Shown in pieces: positions 38,965 through 53,290 of a stretch of 64,000 nucleotides of DNA. Source of the DNA: Eledone cirrhosa (lineage: Eukaryota); assembly GCA_964016885.1 (NCBI GenBank), contig OZ024749.1, positions 35,960,001 to 36,024,000 on the forward strand, written 5' to 3'. The notes beneath the pieces are model-generated. The model did no database searches and was not told the DNA's origin. It was given only the letters and a program-made list of their open reading frames with translations. How positions within the stretch are numbered: position 1 is the stretch's first letter; each line of letters begins with the position of its first letter. The position numbers and the translations under genes were made by a program.

Positions 38965-40216
38965 GCTGGTGGTGGTGGTGGTGTTGTTGTGGGTAGTGGT
39001 GTTGTTGGTGGTAGTGTTGTTGTTGGTGGTAGTGGTGTGGTCATTGTTGTTGTTGGTGTTGTTGTTGGTGGTGGTGATGGTGGTGGTGGTGGTGGTGGTG
39101 GTGGTAGTGGTGTTGTTGTTGGTAGTGGTGTTGTTGTAGGTGGTAGTGGTGTGGTCATTGGTGGTGTTGGTGTTGTTGTTGCTGATGGTGGTGGTGTGGA
39201 TGTTGTTGTTGTTGGTGGTAGTGATGGTGGTGGTGGTGGTGTGGTCATTGGTGTTGTTGGTGGTGTTGGTGTTGTTGTTGTTGATGGTGGTGGTGTGGAT
39301 GTTGTTGTTGGTGGTAGTGATGGTGGTGGTGGGGGTGTGGTCATTGGTGTTGTTGGTGGTGTTGGTGTTGTTGTTGTTGATGGTGGTGGTGTGGTTGTTG
39401 TTGCTGTTGGTGGTAGTGATGGTGGTGGTGGGGGTGTGGTCATTGGTGTTGTTGGTGGTGTTGGTGTTGTTGTTGTTGATGGTGGTGGTGTGGATGTTGT
39501 TGTTGTTGGTGGTAGTGATGGTGGTGGTGGGGGTGTGGTCATTGGTGTTGTTGGTGTTGTTGTTGGTGGTGTTGGTGGTGTGGTTGTTGTTGCTGTTGGT
39601 GGTAGTGATGGTGGTGGTGGTGGTGTGGTCATTGGTGTTGTTGGTGGTGTTGGTGTTGTTGTTGTTGATAGTGGTGGTGTGGATGTTGTTGTTGTTGGTG
39701 GTAGTGATGGTGGTGGTGGGGGTGTAGTCATTGGTGTTGTTGGTGTTGTTGTTGCTGATGGTGGTAGTGTGGTTGTTGTTGTTGTTGGTGGTAGCGATGG
39801 TGGTGGTGTGGTCATTGGTGTTGTTGGTGGTGTTGGTGTTGTTGTTGTTGATGGTGGTGGTGTGGTTGTTGTTGGTGGTAGTGATGGTGGTGGTGGTGGT
39901 GTGGTCATTGGTGTTGTTGGTGGTGGTGGTGTGGTTGTTGATGGTGGTGGTGTGGATGTTGTTGTTGTTGGTGGTAGTGATGGTGGTGGTGGGGGTGTGG
40001 TCATTGGTGTTGTTGGTGGTGTTGGTGTTGTTGTTGGTGGTGTTGGTGGTGTGGTTGTTGTTGTTGTTGGTGGTAGTGGTGGTGGTGGTGGTGGTGGTGT
40101 GGTCATTGGTGGTGTTGTTGGTGTTGTTGTTGTTGTTGGTGGTAGTGGTGGTGGTGGTGGTGGTGGTGTGGTCATTGGTGGTGTTGGTGTTGTTGTTGAT
40201 GGTGGTAGTGTGGTGG

Positions 40217-40248
<32 letters not shown>

Positions 40249-40600
40249 GGTATTGTTGGTGGTAGTGTGGTTATTGTTGTTGGTGGTGGTGTTGGTGTTG
40301 TTGTTGTTGATGGTGGTGGTGTGGTTGTTGTTGCTGTTGTTGTTGTTGGTGGTGGTGTGGTCATTGTTGTTGGTGGTGGTGTTGGTGTTGTTGTTGTTGA
40401 TGGTGGTGGTGTGGTTGTTGTTGTTGGTGGTAGTGGTGGTAGTGGTGGTAGTAGTGTGGTCATTGTTGTTGGTGGTGGTGTTGGTGTTGTTGTTGTTGTT
40501 CTTATCGGTGGTGAGGTTGTTGGTGGTGTTGGTGTTGTTGTTGTTGTTGTTGGTAGTGATGGTGGTGGTGGTGTTGTTGCTGTTGTTGGTGGTGTTGATT
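38965..40600. repeat. (GGT/GTT)n compound minisatellite with ~80-bp higher-order units
   Basis: Recurring GTGGTCATTGGT and GGTAGTGATGGT landmarks. Confidence 0.93.
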
Positions 40601-41221
40601 TTGGTTTTGTTGTTATTATTGTCATTATTGATGTAAATGTTGTACCAGACTTGAAAAAATAAGTACGGCGGTTGATATAATTAGCTAAATCCCTTCAAGG
40701 CAGTGTTCCAGCATGGCCACAGTCTAATGACTGAAACCGATAAAAGACTAAAAGTATAAAAGACTTCTTGTATAATGTAATCTCACTATCTACTCCCTAC
40801 CACTGTTATATCTAATTCCATAACATCTTCCTCATACCACTACCATCACCAACACTCACCACCACTACCACCACCACCACCACCACTAACACCACCACTC
40901 TCACTACCACTACCACCATCACTACCACCAACACTCACCACCACCACTATCACCACCACTACCACCAATATAAATAAAAGATGTTTGTTTCTGAACCTCT
41001 CAGTATTACATATTACAAATATTGATTTCTTTTGTTGGCATATGTTGTTGTAAACAGATCAGTAGGTATGACTAATGATGGAAGAGAGCAGATGAGAGGG
41101 TGTTCATCACTTTCCCAGCACACATACACACTCACATATGTATATTTATGCAATAATTTTCAAGATGGTTTAAGACATCTCAATATAAATATCAATCTCT
41201 CTCTCTATATATATATATATA

Positions 41222-41560
41222 TTTTCATTCATTTTTCATTTCATTTTACGTCCACTATTCTCTGCTTGCAAGGGTGGGACGGGAACTGATTCTGGTTTGA
41301 TTTCTACAGCTGGATGCCCTTCCTAACACCAACCTCATTTACAGTGAGTGCTGGGTGCTTTTTTGTCGTGGCACCTACACGTCCACTTTGCAGTGGAATG
41401 ATATGGACCCCAGTCCCTATCATCTCATTTCTACAGCTGAGTAAACTGGAGCAACATGAAATAAAGTGTCTTGCTCAGGGAAACAACACATCACCCGGTC
41501 TGAAAATTGAACTCACAACCTTTCGATTGCAAGGCCAATGCTCTAACCACTAAGCCATAT
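41222..41560 (-). mobile_element. SINE family A
   Basis: Reverse-complement copy. Confidence 0.88.
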
Positions 41561-41977
41561 ACCTTATATTGTGTGTTTTACCAATGAGTAGATCTGGTAA
41601 TTCTGGTTAACAAACCATGATGTAATTAGTCAAGCACTCGACATTGTGAAAATCATCAATCATAGATGTTGTATCCCGTGGTTGTGGAAAGGACAGAGTT
41701 AAAAATGTAAGTTGCAAACATTAAGTAATTGGTCCATTGCAACAATAACACCGAATTGGTGAGTCATCTCCAAATCAAGTCTATTCTATGTTTGTGTTTG
41801 CCGTGATCCTGTTATCAATTACCTAATCTTTGCAGCCTAGACCTGATTATGTCGCTTAAGTCTTGTGTTATGATCTTATGATGTAACCAGGCCATAGAAA
41901 TATGTATTGTGATTTGGCAACATTAAAAGAATATTTCAAGTCCGGCCTTCTGTTGTTGTCTTATATATATATATATG

Positions 41978-42451
41978 AGCACTAGAAGTCGATGGAAACC
42001 GCGGAGTGGGGAGACCCAAGACCTGGGATGAGGTGATAAAAGCCAACCTTACCCAATTACACCTCTCAAAGGCGATAACACAGGACAGTGACCTCTAGCG
42101 TCACGCAGTAATACAGAAGACCCCCCCCCCCCCGGGTACAAGCCGAAGCTGAAGCATATAGACAACATGCCCCAATATGCTCTCACTGCAAAGTGGTTGT
42201 GGAGGTGCCACGGCAAAAAAGCACCCAGCCCACACTGTAAAGTGGACGTGTAAGCGCCACGGAAATAAGCACCCAGCACTCACTGTAAATGAGGTTGGTG
42301 TTAGGAAGGGCATCCAGCTGTAGATATCAAGCCAGAATCAGTTCCTGTATGGGCAAGGCATGGTCAGCCAACCGGACACTGCCCACAATAGGACAACCCG
42401 CCTAACCCATGCTAGCGTGGAAGAACGGACGTAAAATGGTGATGATGATGA
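41978..42451 (+). mobile_element. RTE LINE 3' fragment (same family as 5024-6087)
   Basis: Matches the reverse complement of ~5040-5505; (GAT)n tail. Confidence 0.88.
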
Positions 42452-44575
42452 TATATACACATATTTATACGTATATAATCCTTATTTAACATCTGTTTTC
42501 CCTGTTAGTATGGAATGCTGCACATCAAGTCAGTACTTAAGCAAAGCTACTGACTTCTCGGATAGGCCAGTGACCTATCTTGCTCACTTATGTTCCCACA
42601 CTAAACCAAGTGTTCAGCTAGGCCTGGGGCCTACATTTCACCTTTAAAAAAAAACCATTCTCAAAGCCCCACAGAGTGCATTTTATTGTGGCCCCAGCAC
42701 TAGGGAGATTGTCAAGTCTTTGACACAGTTGAAGAGTCATCTTTACTCTTTGTTTGGCAGGTCTTTTATGGTTGAATATATTTCCTAACACCAACCACTT
42801 TAAATAGTATACCGGGTGCCTTTACTGTGTAAATCACCTACACTCTATAAATATAAGACAAAGTGTACACACCAATTGAACAATTAGTGCTATAGCCTAC
42901 ACTTAACATCAAAGTACACACAAACAACTATATATATATACGATGGAAAAAAACTGACATATGAAAATCAGGTCCAGTTGCAATTTAAGTGAAGTTTTGC
43001 AGTGAAGATTAACAGTTAAATTTATCCCTGACCTACAACAGTTCAAGTTAGCAGTAAATGTTTACAGTGACTATAGCTCTTTTGATATCAAATTGCCTAA
43101 AACTAACCCATGGTTCTACAATGCAAAACCGTTGGTTTGAAATTGTTTATATTTATCTGAAAACCCTCCATTATAATTTTATGGAAGAATATTTTAAGTT
43201 CCAAACACCAATCATGAGAAAATTAGTTAAATCAGTAACTCCCTTCAAATTAATGATTATTTGTTTTAATATTTGAAAATTATAGGCAGTGTTTTATATT
43301 AGAAATATGGTAAAGAATTGGTTTAAGTTAGCAGAAAAATGTATCAAAGGATATTAACAGTGACTGGTTAATACTGAGTTTTGGCATTGAAATGCAACAG
43401 AGAATAATATTAGTTGTGATATATTATCAAAGCTAGTGTAATATTGAAAATAGAAAACCAGCCTGTGTGTTACATGGTGAAAAACCTTTTAAAAGTAGAA
43501 ATACAATTCTTCTGGGTATATTGATATGAATGGCAGCTGTTATTCTTCTCATGGAATAATTCTTCAGTGGGTTTGGAATCTAATGGTTTAACTTTAGAGT
43601 AAATCAACCAAAATAACGAATACCATATTTGGTATAAAGGCAATATGAAAATATCTCTAATGGTGAACTAATGGGCCAAAATATGGCTCAGATAGCATCA
43701 AATGTATTCTAAATAATTTATCTGTTGAGGTATATATGGATAAATAAATAAATAAATAGATGGGAATTAAAACATTGTCTAAATATTGGATCTACCATAT
43801 ATATTTATTTACAATTCAATTATACTGAAAGTCTCATATTGTCATAGTTTCTGATTACTAGATGTTGAAATGCACATCATCATCATCGTCATGTCCACTT
43901 TCTATGGGTCAAAGTGACTTCAGCTTGCTCAAACATTCCATATTTGGCAGGGTTTTCACAGCTAGATACCTTTCTTAATGCCAGCCATTTTCTAAAGTGG
44001 ACTAGATTGGGTTTTCATGGCACCAGCACTGCTACTTTATATTTAAACATTTTTTAGGGCAATAAAAAGGTCTGAGACTTTATATGTACTCACAGACCAA
44101 CACACATATGCACACACAAATACAGGCACATGCTCTCATAGACATACACGCACACAGACATACATTTGCACACACACACACACATGGATGCATGCACACA
44201 AATGCATATACATAGACACATATGGACATGTATTAAAGCTCCATTGGCTCCTATAACGAATGTTCCAGTCATTCAAACAATGGAACAGCCTGCTCATAAA
44301 ATTAACGTGCAAGTGGCTGAGCATTCCTTAGTCACATGTACTCTTAACATAGCTCTCAGAAAGATTCAATATGACAGTGTGTGTCATCGCTGGCCCTTTC
44401 AATTACAGGTACAACCCCTTTTTCCCAGCTGAATGAACTGGAGCAACGTAAAAATAAAGTGTCTTGTCTTGCTCAAAGAATCAATGTGTCACCAGGAATT
44501 GATCTCTTGACCTTACTATTGAGAGATGAACACCTTAACCACTAAGCTATATGTCTTTGTATTTTGAGTTATTAA

Positions 44576-44777
44576 CTCTTAACATCCTGTAATGATTTCA
44601 TAGAAAATATTTTAAAACAGGTTTGTTAATTCAAATATTTATAGTATCTTTCTGGACAAATCTTTGTGAAAAATTTCAGTACTAGAGTAAAGACTTTAAA
44701 TTTTAGTGTGATGTTGTCGTAGGGCAGTTTAGTACTTTATCAGAAGTGTGGTTTCTTGTGGTACAGGACATTAAGGG
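44576..44777. mobile_element. piggyBac-like MITE
   Basis: TTAA on both sides; imperfect TIR CTCTTAACATCCTGTA / TACAGGACATTAAGGG. Confidence 0.6.
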
Positions 44778-45999
44778 TTAAGCAAAATTAAGTGCAAATG
44801 AATGGCTTGTGAGAATTTTGTAAATCACAAGTAAAAATGATGTTTACAAGTTTAAGGTTGAAAATTAATCAATCTTTCCATCCTCATGTTTCTTCCTGAC
44901 ACACTAAAAAATGCCAAAGTTATTCTGATTTTAAGAACAGATAACAAAGCCGTCATTTTCCGACTATCGACCAATGTTTCTCTCTCTATCTGGCATATCT
45001 TCATCATCATCATTGTTTTATCTCTGTACTTTGTATCACACAAAATTACCTACTTTTCAGAAACCAGAATGGTTTTCAAACAAATCACCATTCCACTGAA
45101 ATAGAGAGCCATAGAGTTAATAGGATAAATTTTATCAGCCAAAATCAGAACATATGAAAGCAAGAGAAGAGATGGCATGACCCTCAACAAGTTTGGAAGG
45201 ACAGTAGCTCTGATTTAATTCCTGGTAAGGACACTGTCATGGCCTGTCCAATTTATCCAAGCATGAGGTGGATGTAGACACAGCAGTGCTTGCTCTGGCT
45301 AACTGATAGAGAGCCAGGGAGTTTAGATGTAGTAACCCTCTGAAATATTGGTATAAACAGACCATCCAACCATAATGTCACTTCAAATACACACACACAG
45401 ACAGGCACACAAACACACACTCAGTAACATACACAAACTTTCACAGAGACATAGTTCTACATAAGCTCCCACTATTAAAAAAAACACACATATATACACA
45501 CACTAACACACACATGTACAAGCGCACGTACACACACATTTGCAGACACTGACAACAAACTCAACTTGTAAAGCGAACATAAAATAATAATGATGATGAC
45601 AGACATTTATTTTAAACACACACAAGAGGCATGGTCAGAAGGAAACTCCTTGATTTTATTCAGAATGGTTTATTAAAGATAGTTAAACAATGTCACAACA
45701 CATCCTGATGTGACACAATACGGCACAACATAACACAACATATGACAAATACAACATGATGTGACACACCACAATGTGATGTGACAAAATGACACATCGT
45801 GACACAGTGTGACACAGCTCAATAATAACAGACAGCAAGGGAACAATCGAGAAAAAAGTTTTAGTTTAGATAGCTAGTCTTCATGAACTGGATTGACATG
45901 TGTAGTTGTGTTGGAAGTGGTATCACGACTGGCAGGTGTAGGATTTGTCGGCTGGAATTTGCAGATTACATGGTATTACTTAACTTGTTGCACTGGATA

Positions 46000-46590
46000 G
46001 GTTTGCTGCCAAGTTTTGCAAGAACTGAGACAATCTTCCTCTCAGGGAAGCCTGTGTAGTGCACTTTACATGTGAGAGGAGTTCCACTGAAGCAAGTGGA
46101 GAAATTCAAGTACCTTAGGGTTGTGTTCACCAGTGATGGAAGGCAGGAGGCTGAATTAAGTGCAAGAATTGGAGGAGCTGGAGCAGTAATGCACCAGCTT
46201 CAACACATTTGGTAATCAGAAGAAGGGAGATAGAGGTCAAAGCCAAACTCACCAAATTCGATATTCATGCCAACCCTTACCTATGGTCATAAATTTAGGA
46301 TAATGACCAAAAGAATATGATCACAAATACAAGCAGCTGAAATGTGGTTCTTCCAATACCAGTGGCGTGTGATGAGTGTCTCAGGAAAGAATTGCTGGAC
46401 ACATTTATGCAGACAAAACCAACTGGCAGGAAACCCAGAAGTAAACCCCAAGCAAGATGGTTGGATAACACCCATGAGCTCAGCAGGTCTTGCTTGGGGA
46501 TCCAGCTGGGTGAATTGGGGACAGTTGCTTTGTACAGGACTCTTTGGGTGGAGTGCTTGAGGACTCTGTCCCCACACCCATCCCAAGAAT
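46000..46590 (+). mobile_element. Degenerate RTE-like RT fragment
   Basis: LKQVEKFKYLRVVFTSDGRQE; related piece at ~37620-37795. Confidence 0.65.
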
Positions 46591-47289
46591 AAATAGGTGA
46601 AGAGAAAAAGCTAGCAAACATCTACTAAATCTATCATATATTCTACAGTGACGTATCTATTCAAAAATAAATGCCATCTCTATCTATGACAGTAGCACTA
46701 TACCATATCGTTTTTGTTTTGTTTTATTCTGAAACTCCCACACACACACAAATACACTGACACACACTCACATACACATACAGACACTGCTACACACACA
46801 CACATATATAACACTGCCACATACTCACATAGACACTGACACACACACAGAGACTGACACACACTCACAGAGACACTGACAGAGAGATACTGACACACAC
46901 ACACTCACAGAGACACTGACATACACTGACAGAGATACTGACACACACACTCACAGAGATACTGACACACACACACAGACAGACATAGACACTAACACAC
47001 ACACACATAGACACTGCTACACACACATAGACACTGCTACACACAACAGACAGAATGAGAAATAAATTACTGATTAGTGGAAAAAGAGAATGCCAGAATT
47101 TTGCAGTATGTTTTGTCAAAGATAATTAACCTTCTCGTTACCATATTTCTAATAAAGACACTAGCTATAATTTTCAAATATATTTTTAAAATAATCAATA
47201 ATTTGAAGGGATTTAGTAATTTAACTAACTTTCTCATTATCAAGCTGGTGTTTGGAACATAACTTAACAAAGGTTCTTACATAAAATTA

Positions 47290-47473
47290 TAATTGTTTTA
47301 TTTTAGGCACAAGGCCAGCAAATTACCCAGTATATTACTGGTACTTTATTTTATCGACCCTGTAAGGATGAAAGGCAAAGTTAACCTCGGTGGGATTTGA
47401 ACTCAGAATGGCAAGGGCCGTAATTCTATGCGTCAAAGCATGGCGCCCGACCCTCTACCGATACTGCCAATCC
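47290..47473 (-). mobile_element. SINE family B
   Basis: Reverse-complement copy. Confidence 0.85.
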
Positions 47474-47941
47474 ACAATGGAAAGATTTTAGATAAATATA
47501 GACACTTTAACCATTTTGTTACCTGATTCCTGATGAAAGACAATGCCTTTGATTTTACAAATTATTTCAAAAATATTCATGAATTTGGAGGGGGTTTAAT
47601 AATATAACTTTCTCTTTATTAAACTGATATTTGGAATGTAATTTAGAGGTTCTTAGACAGAATTATGATGTCAGGTTTTTAGATAAATATAAACGCTTTA
47701 ACCATATTTTATATCGTAGAACAAAGGCCAGTTGCAGGTGGTTTGGTTTGGAATTATGTGTTAAGGAATGATAACAACATAATAGGTATGACACATTGAA
47801 ATAAGAGACAGCAAATGAGGAGGAGGAAGAAGAGGTTTAGATAGCTAACTAACACTTACCAAATCTACTGTGAATACTACACTGATGTGTCTATAACCAA
47901 ATAGATAAATAAATAAACCTTCCCTTCTCTTCTGTCACATT

Positions 47942-49400
47942 AGCTTAGTGGTTAGGGTGTTTGGCTCATGATCATGAGTTTCCAGGTTCAATGTCTGAAC
48001 CAGGGGCTGCAGTGCATTATTGAGCAAGATGCTTCATTTCATGTTGCTTTTCATGATAGGACTAGGGTCTCTATCATTAAAACACATGAGAAGCCACCTA
48101 TGAGGTGCAGCATTGTTGGCGACCAGCTAAACCCAGATAGGTGTGAGCTGTAACTACATGATAGGACAGGGATCTCTAACATTAAAACACCAGAAAAACC
48201 TCCCTCAAAATGTAACATTGAAGGAGACCAGCTAAATCTACATAGGTGTGAGCTGTAAGAATGTGATAGGACGAGGACTCCTTCATTAAAACACTTAAGA
48301 AGCCTCCTATGAGATGGAACCTTGTAGTACACCAGCTAAACCTACATAGGTGTGAACTGTAACGACATGATAGGATGAGGACTCCTTCATTAAAACACCC
48401 AAGAAGCCTCCTATGAGATGGAACCTTGTAGTACACCAGCTAAACCTACATAGGTGTGAACTGTAATGACATGATAGGATGAGGACTCCTTCATTAAAAC
48501 ACCCAAGAAGCATCCTATGAGATGGAACCTTGTAGTACACCAGCTAAACCTATATAGGTGTGAACTGTAATGACATGATAGGATGAGGACTCCTTCATTA
48601 AAACACCCAAGAAGCCTCCTATGAGATGGAACCTTGTAGGACGCCAGCTAAACCTACATAGGTGTGAACTGTAATGACATGATAGGACGAGGACTCCTTC
48701 ATTAAAACACCCAAGAAGCCTCCTATGAGATGGAACCTTGTAGTACACCAGCTAAACCTATATAGGTGTGAGCTGTAACGACATGATAGGATGAGGACTC
48801 CTTCATTAAAACACCCAAGAAGCATCCTATGAGATGGAACCTTGTAGTACACCAGCTAAACCTATATAGGTGTGAACTGTAATGACATGATAGGATGAGG
48901 ACTCCTTCATTAAAACACCCAAGAAGCCTCCTATGAGATGGAACCTTGTAGGACGCCAGCTAAACCTACATAGGTGTGAACTGTAATGACATGATAGGAC
49001 GAGGACTCCTTCATTAAAACACTTAAGAAGCCTCCAATGAGATGGAACCTTGTAGTACACCAGCTAAACCTACATAGGTGTGAACTGTAACGACATGATA
49101 GGATGAGGACTCCTTCATTAAAACACCCAAGAAGCCTCCTATGAGATGGAACCTTGTAGTACACCAGCTAAACCTATATAGGTGTGAACTGTAACGACAT
49201 GATAGGATGAGGACTCCTTCATTAAAACACCCAAGAAGCCTCCTATGAGATGGAACCTTGTAGTACACCAGCTAAACCTACATAGGTGTGAGCTGTAACG
49301 ACATGATAGGATGAGGACTCCTTCATTAAAACACCCAAGAAGCCTCCTATGAGATGGAACCTTGTAGTACACCAGCTAAACCTATATAGGTGTGAACTGT
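47942..49400 (+). repeat. tRNA-derived SINE whose tail is amplified as a 104-bp tandem array (~11 copies)
   Basis: A/B-box head ~47942-48000; 104-bp period from ~48230 to 49400; related tails at ~21780-21910 and ~32750-33030. Confidence 0.9.
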
Positions 49401-50309
49401 AAATTTCATTTTTTTTTTCTTTTCGTTATCAGGACTCAGTAATTAGAGACAGTGAATGAGAAGATTTAGTTTAGATAGTGACGACCAAACTTATACCATA
49501 TGTAGTACAATGATGCATCTAATAATAATAAAAATATATATAAAAACACCCCCCTTGCTCTCTCTCTCTCTCTCTCTCTCCCTCTCTCTCTCTCACTACT
49601 AACAGTAGTACAGTACTGTACCGTTTTTCTGCTGTCTATAAAAATCAATAAAGAAAATTCTATCAGATATAGTGAAATGTTTCCCAAGAAATGGTTCCGT
49701 TACATACAGACTTTCGGTGAGAAACCATCACACTATCACATCAAAAACACTCTGCTTTAGAAGGCAAGGTGGAGGGAAGAAGTTCTACCTTCTGTATGGC
49801 AATGATGGTGGTGGTGGTGGTGTGTGTGTGAGGGGGGGGGTACTATAGTAATGTTATTTTGCTGTTGTGTTTTTACCTCTATCTCCTAAAGAGTGTATCA
49901 CAAGGTTTTGGGTTTATGGTAAGGAGCAGGAGGTGGGGTATTTTTTGAAAACATATTCTTCCTTACTTTTCTTCTGATTTTTTTTTTGTTTTATTTCGCT
50001 ACATTTATGGTGTTGTTATTGGTATTATTAATGTTGTTATTGTTATTATTATTATTAGTAGTAGTAGTAGTAGTAGTAGTAGTACTAGTTGTTATTATTT
50101 CCTACCAAGGAAAATATTGTAACAAACAATGTTTTCATGTTTGAATTTAGTGAGTGTGTGTGTGTGATATGTATATATGTGTGTGTATGTATATATGTTT
50201 GCGTGTCTGTGTGTTTGCCTATTGAAACATTTAAGCAGGTTTCTTTTTTATGTAACATTATTCCAGGCACTTTAGGATATATATGTGTGTTTGTGTTTGC
50301 ATGTGTATT

Positions 50310-50344
<35 letters not shown>

Positions 50345-50371
50345 TGCAAGCATGGAACACAGACGTTAAAC

Positions 50372-50416
<45 letters not shown>

Positions 50417-50997
50417 ATGTGTGTGTGTTTGTATATATGTTGAATTGCCATATGTGTAATAACAATTACAAAGGTACTACTACTTAAATGTACACACACA
50501 CACACACATGTATATGTGTGTGTGTATATATATATGTGTGTGTGAGTGTGTGTTATAGTATCACGTGTATATTATTAAAGAATTTGGCATGCTAATATAA
50601 TACACATACAACAGTTAAATGTTAAAACGTTTGAAAAGGGATATTCTACTCAAAATATAAGGATCAATTAATTATTTCTCAGATAACATTTTTATATTTT
50701 TCTTGGAGTTGTTATTGATATATAATTCTCAGTTTGCTCTGGCTTGCTATAGCCTTCTATAAAACTGTGTTGGACACATGTTGTAATGCTTCCAGCAAAT
50801 TACAACACACACAGAAACATTCTTAGATGTAGGAATCTCAAATGCAGAATAACTGTTGGTTGAGTCAATTACTATAAACATTAGCTTAGAAAATTGGGTT
50901 TCACTTCAGTTTATTAATAGTTATTCAACTAATAATGAACTAAAGTGAAGCCCAACTGATATGTGTGTGAGGTGGGGATATTTTTATATATATATAT

Positions 50998-51545
50998 ACA
51001 CGAGTATATCCAAGAGGTTTTGAGACTCTTATCAGAAAGACATTTATTTAACTCAGATCAACACAAAACTCTAATCCCCTTCAAAATAGGATCCTCCAAT
51101 GTCAATGCACTTGTTGTAGCAGTCCAGCTACTTCTCGAAGGGGGTCATTGTTCTGGTGCAGGTGCCACTGATTAGACTTGAAGAGTTCTGGTCTCTTTCA
51201 ACAAAATCTCTTTCTGAACTGCCTCAAAATCTCTGTATAGTATTCTTTGGCCATGGGGGACTCAGTGGATGTAGATAATGCCTTTGCTGTCAAATAATAG
51301 GATCATCATGAGCTTCCCCATAAACCTGCTTTGCCTTTCTTGGGTCTCGAGGAGTCAGAATTTTTCCACTGGGCACTTTGTCACTTGGTCTCTGGATCTT
51401 AAGAATAGACCCAGCTCTTGTTACAGTTTACCAGAGACTGAAGGAGACTTGGATTGAAAATAATCCACTTGACCATCTCCCTGCTGTCATCAACACACCT
51501 CTGCTTTTGATTTTCATTGAGCACCCTGGGAGGAAACTTCATATA
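50998..51545 (-). mobile_element. Mariner transposase fossil
   Basis: Minus strand reads SWVYS*DPETK*QSAQWK..SRPKK..GKLMMILLFDSKGII, with stop codons. Confidence 0.75.
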
Positions 51546-51718
51546 TAGCTTTTAACATTGTACCAATTTCATAAAATGTTTAACATTGTACGAATTTCAT
51601 AAAATCGTGTGTTCTTTTTTGGCTGAATGATTAGTTTTGTGTAGATTCTTTTTTCCAACATGAAATAATTCATTTGAATTTCTCTTAAAAAAGCTGAAAG
51701 TTAAGTATATTTTAAGAC

Positions 51719-51791
51719 TTGTTCACTGATGAGTTATGACAGTGTTAATTAGTATAAATTCTTGGTCATAATGAAACTGTAGTCTGAACAA
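51719..51791 (+). ncRNA. Type I hammerhead ribozyme (canonical core)
   Basis: TTGTTCA-CTGATGA-GTTATGAC..GTCATAAT-GAAA-CTGTAGT-C-TGAACAA; 7-bp stem I, 8-bp stem II, GUC site. Confidence 0.88.
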
Positions 51792-52013
51792 ATTGGAAGG
51801 AAAATCATGTTTTTCCTTAAATATATTTTTTTTACTTGCTATGTTCTAAATCTTAACATACTATATATTATTTTTATACCTAAATATAATTTTGGATAAA
51901 TAAAGCTCTGCAACAATATAGATTTTTTTTTTTTGCTTATATAAGCCATATGAGCTATTTATAGTATAATATGATTAAAATTATTTTATATTTATTTTTA
52001 TCTATTTGTATTA

Positions 52014-52060
<47 letters not shown>

Positions 52061-52091
52061 GTATGTATGTATATATATATATATATATATA

Positions 52092-52550
52092 TAAAATAAA
52101 CTAAAATAAATAAGTCAAATGTTTAAAATTTGGCTTCGTTTATTACTGCTATACATATTTTGGTGACAACCATCTTTGGCTGTGACCTCTTCAGGCAGTC
52201 CGAAATACTCTGATATGCCTAGCTCCTGGTTGGGTTGTTATTTCACTCAGTGAAATAACAACCCAACCAGGAGCTGGGCATATCAGAGTATTGACAAAGT
52301 TAAACACCTCAACAACATGTGTACTCATCTCTACCACACTAATTCGGACTGCCTGAAGAGGTCACAGCCAAAAATGACTGTCACCGAAATATGTATAGCA
52401 GTAATAAACGAAGCCAAATTTTAAACATTTGACTTATTTATTTTAGTTTATTTTACATTACTCCGGAGTAACCATACCAACCTGCGCACTTCATCGAGTG
52501 CTCCAATCTGCGTACTGAGGTGTTGGTATACAACCAACATATACTCAAAA
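52092..52550. mobile_element. Nested inverted-repeat HHR element in (TA)n
   Basis: Outer arms 52092-52204/52343-52455; inner hairpin 52204-52292. Confidence 0.8.
52348..52402 (+). ncRNA. Type I hammerhead ribozyme (canonical core)
   Basis: ACTGC-CTGAAGA-GGTCACAGCCA-AAAA-TGACTGTCACC-GAAA-TATGTAT-A-GCAGT then AATAAA; the mirror copy 52145-52199 has GAAA changed to AAAA. Confidence 0.85.
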
Positions 52551-52604
52551 TATATATATATATATATTTACATAGCACAGAGATATCCACGGTAAGTTAT
52601 ATAC

Positions 52605-52657
<53 letters not shown>

Positions 52658-52719
52658 CATATATATATATATATAATTATATATATATATATATATACAT
52701 ATCACCTTGACCAGTCTGT

Positions 52720-52953
52720 CGGGCAGCAATCGGCGCTGCAGGTCACAGCATATCATGCTGTTTTAGCCATAAGATAACGCCATCCCACTGGCTGGGCGAG
52801 CAGGCCGGTACTCATTTTTATAGCTGAGTAAACTGGAGCAACGTGAAATAAAGTGTCTTGCTCAAGGAAACAACACATCACCCGGTCCGAGAATTGAACT
52901 CACAACCTTTCGATTGCAAGGCCAATGCTCTAACCACTAAGCCATGTTCCTCC
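52720..52953 (-). mobile_element. SINE with a family A head and a different tail
   Basis: A/B boxes on the minus strand. Confidence 0.75.
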
Positions 52954-52956
52954 ATA

Positions 52957-52987
<31 letters not shown>

Positions 52988-52990
52988 CAA

Positions 52991-53028
<38 letters not shown>

Positions 53029-53033
53029 CATAC

Positions 53034-53077
<44 letters not shown>

Positions 53078-53290
53078 CATACATATATATCTATCTCTAT
53101 ATATATGTATATATACATACATAAAAATATATATATATATATACACATACATACAAATATATATATATATATACATACATACAAATATATATATATATAT
53201 ATACATACATACAAATATATATATATATATACATACATACAAATATATATATATATATATACATACATACATACAAATATATATATATAT

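Noticed and set aside
38838-40662. 595-aa Pro/Thr mucin-like ORF and the opposite-strand Gly/Val ORFs
   Set aside because: A GGT/GTT trinucleotide minisatellite that is open in several frames; no signal peptide or splice support
41860-41915. GAAATATGTAT matching the family stem III
   Set aside because: No convincing core box or stem I upstream
48051-49372. Repeated 77-aa ORFs
   Set aside because: Translation of the 104-bp tandem repeat
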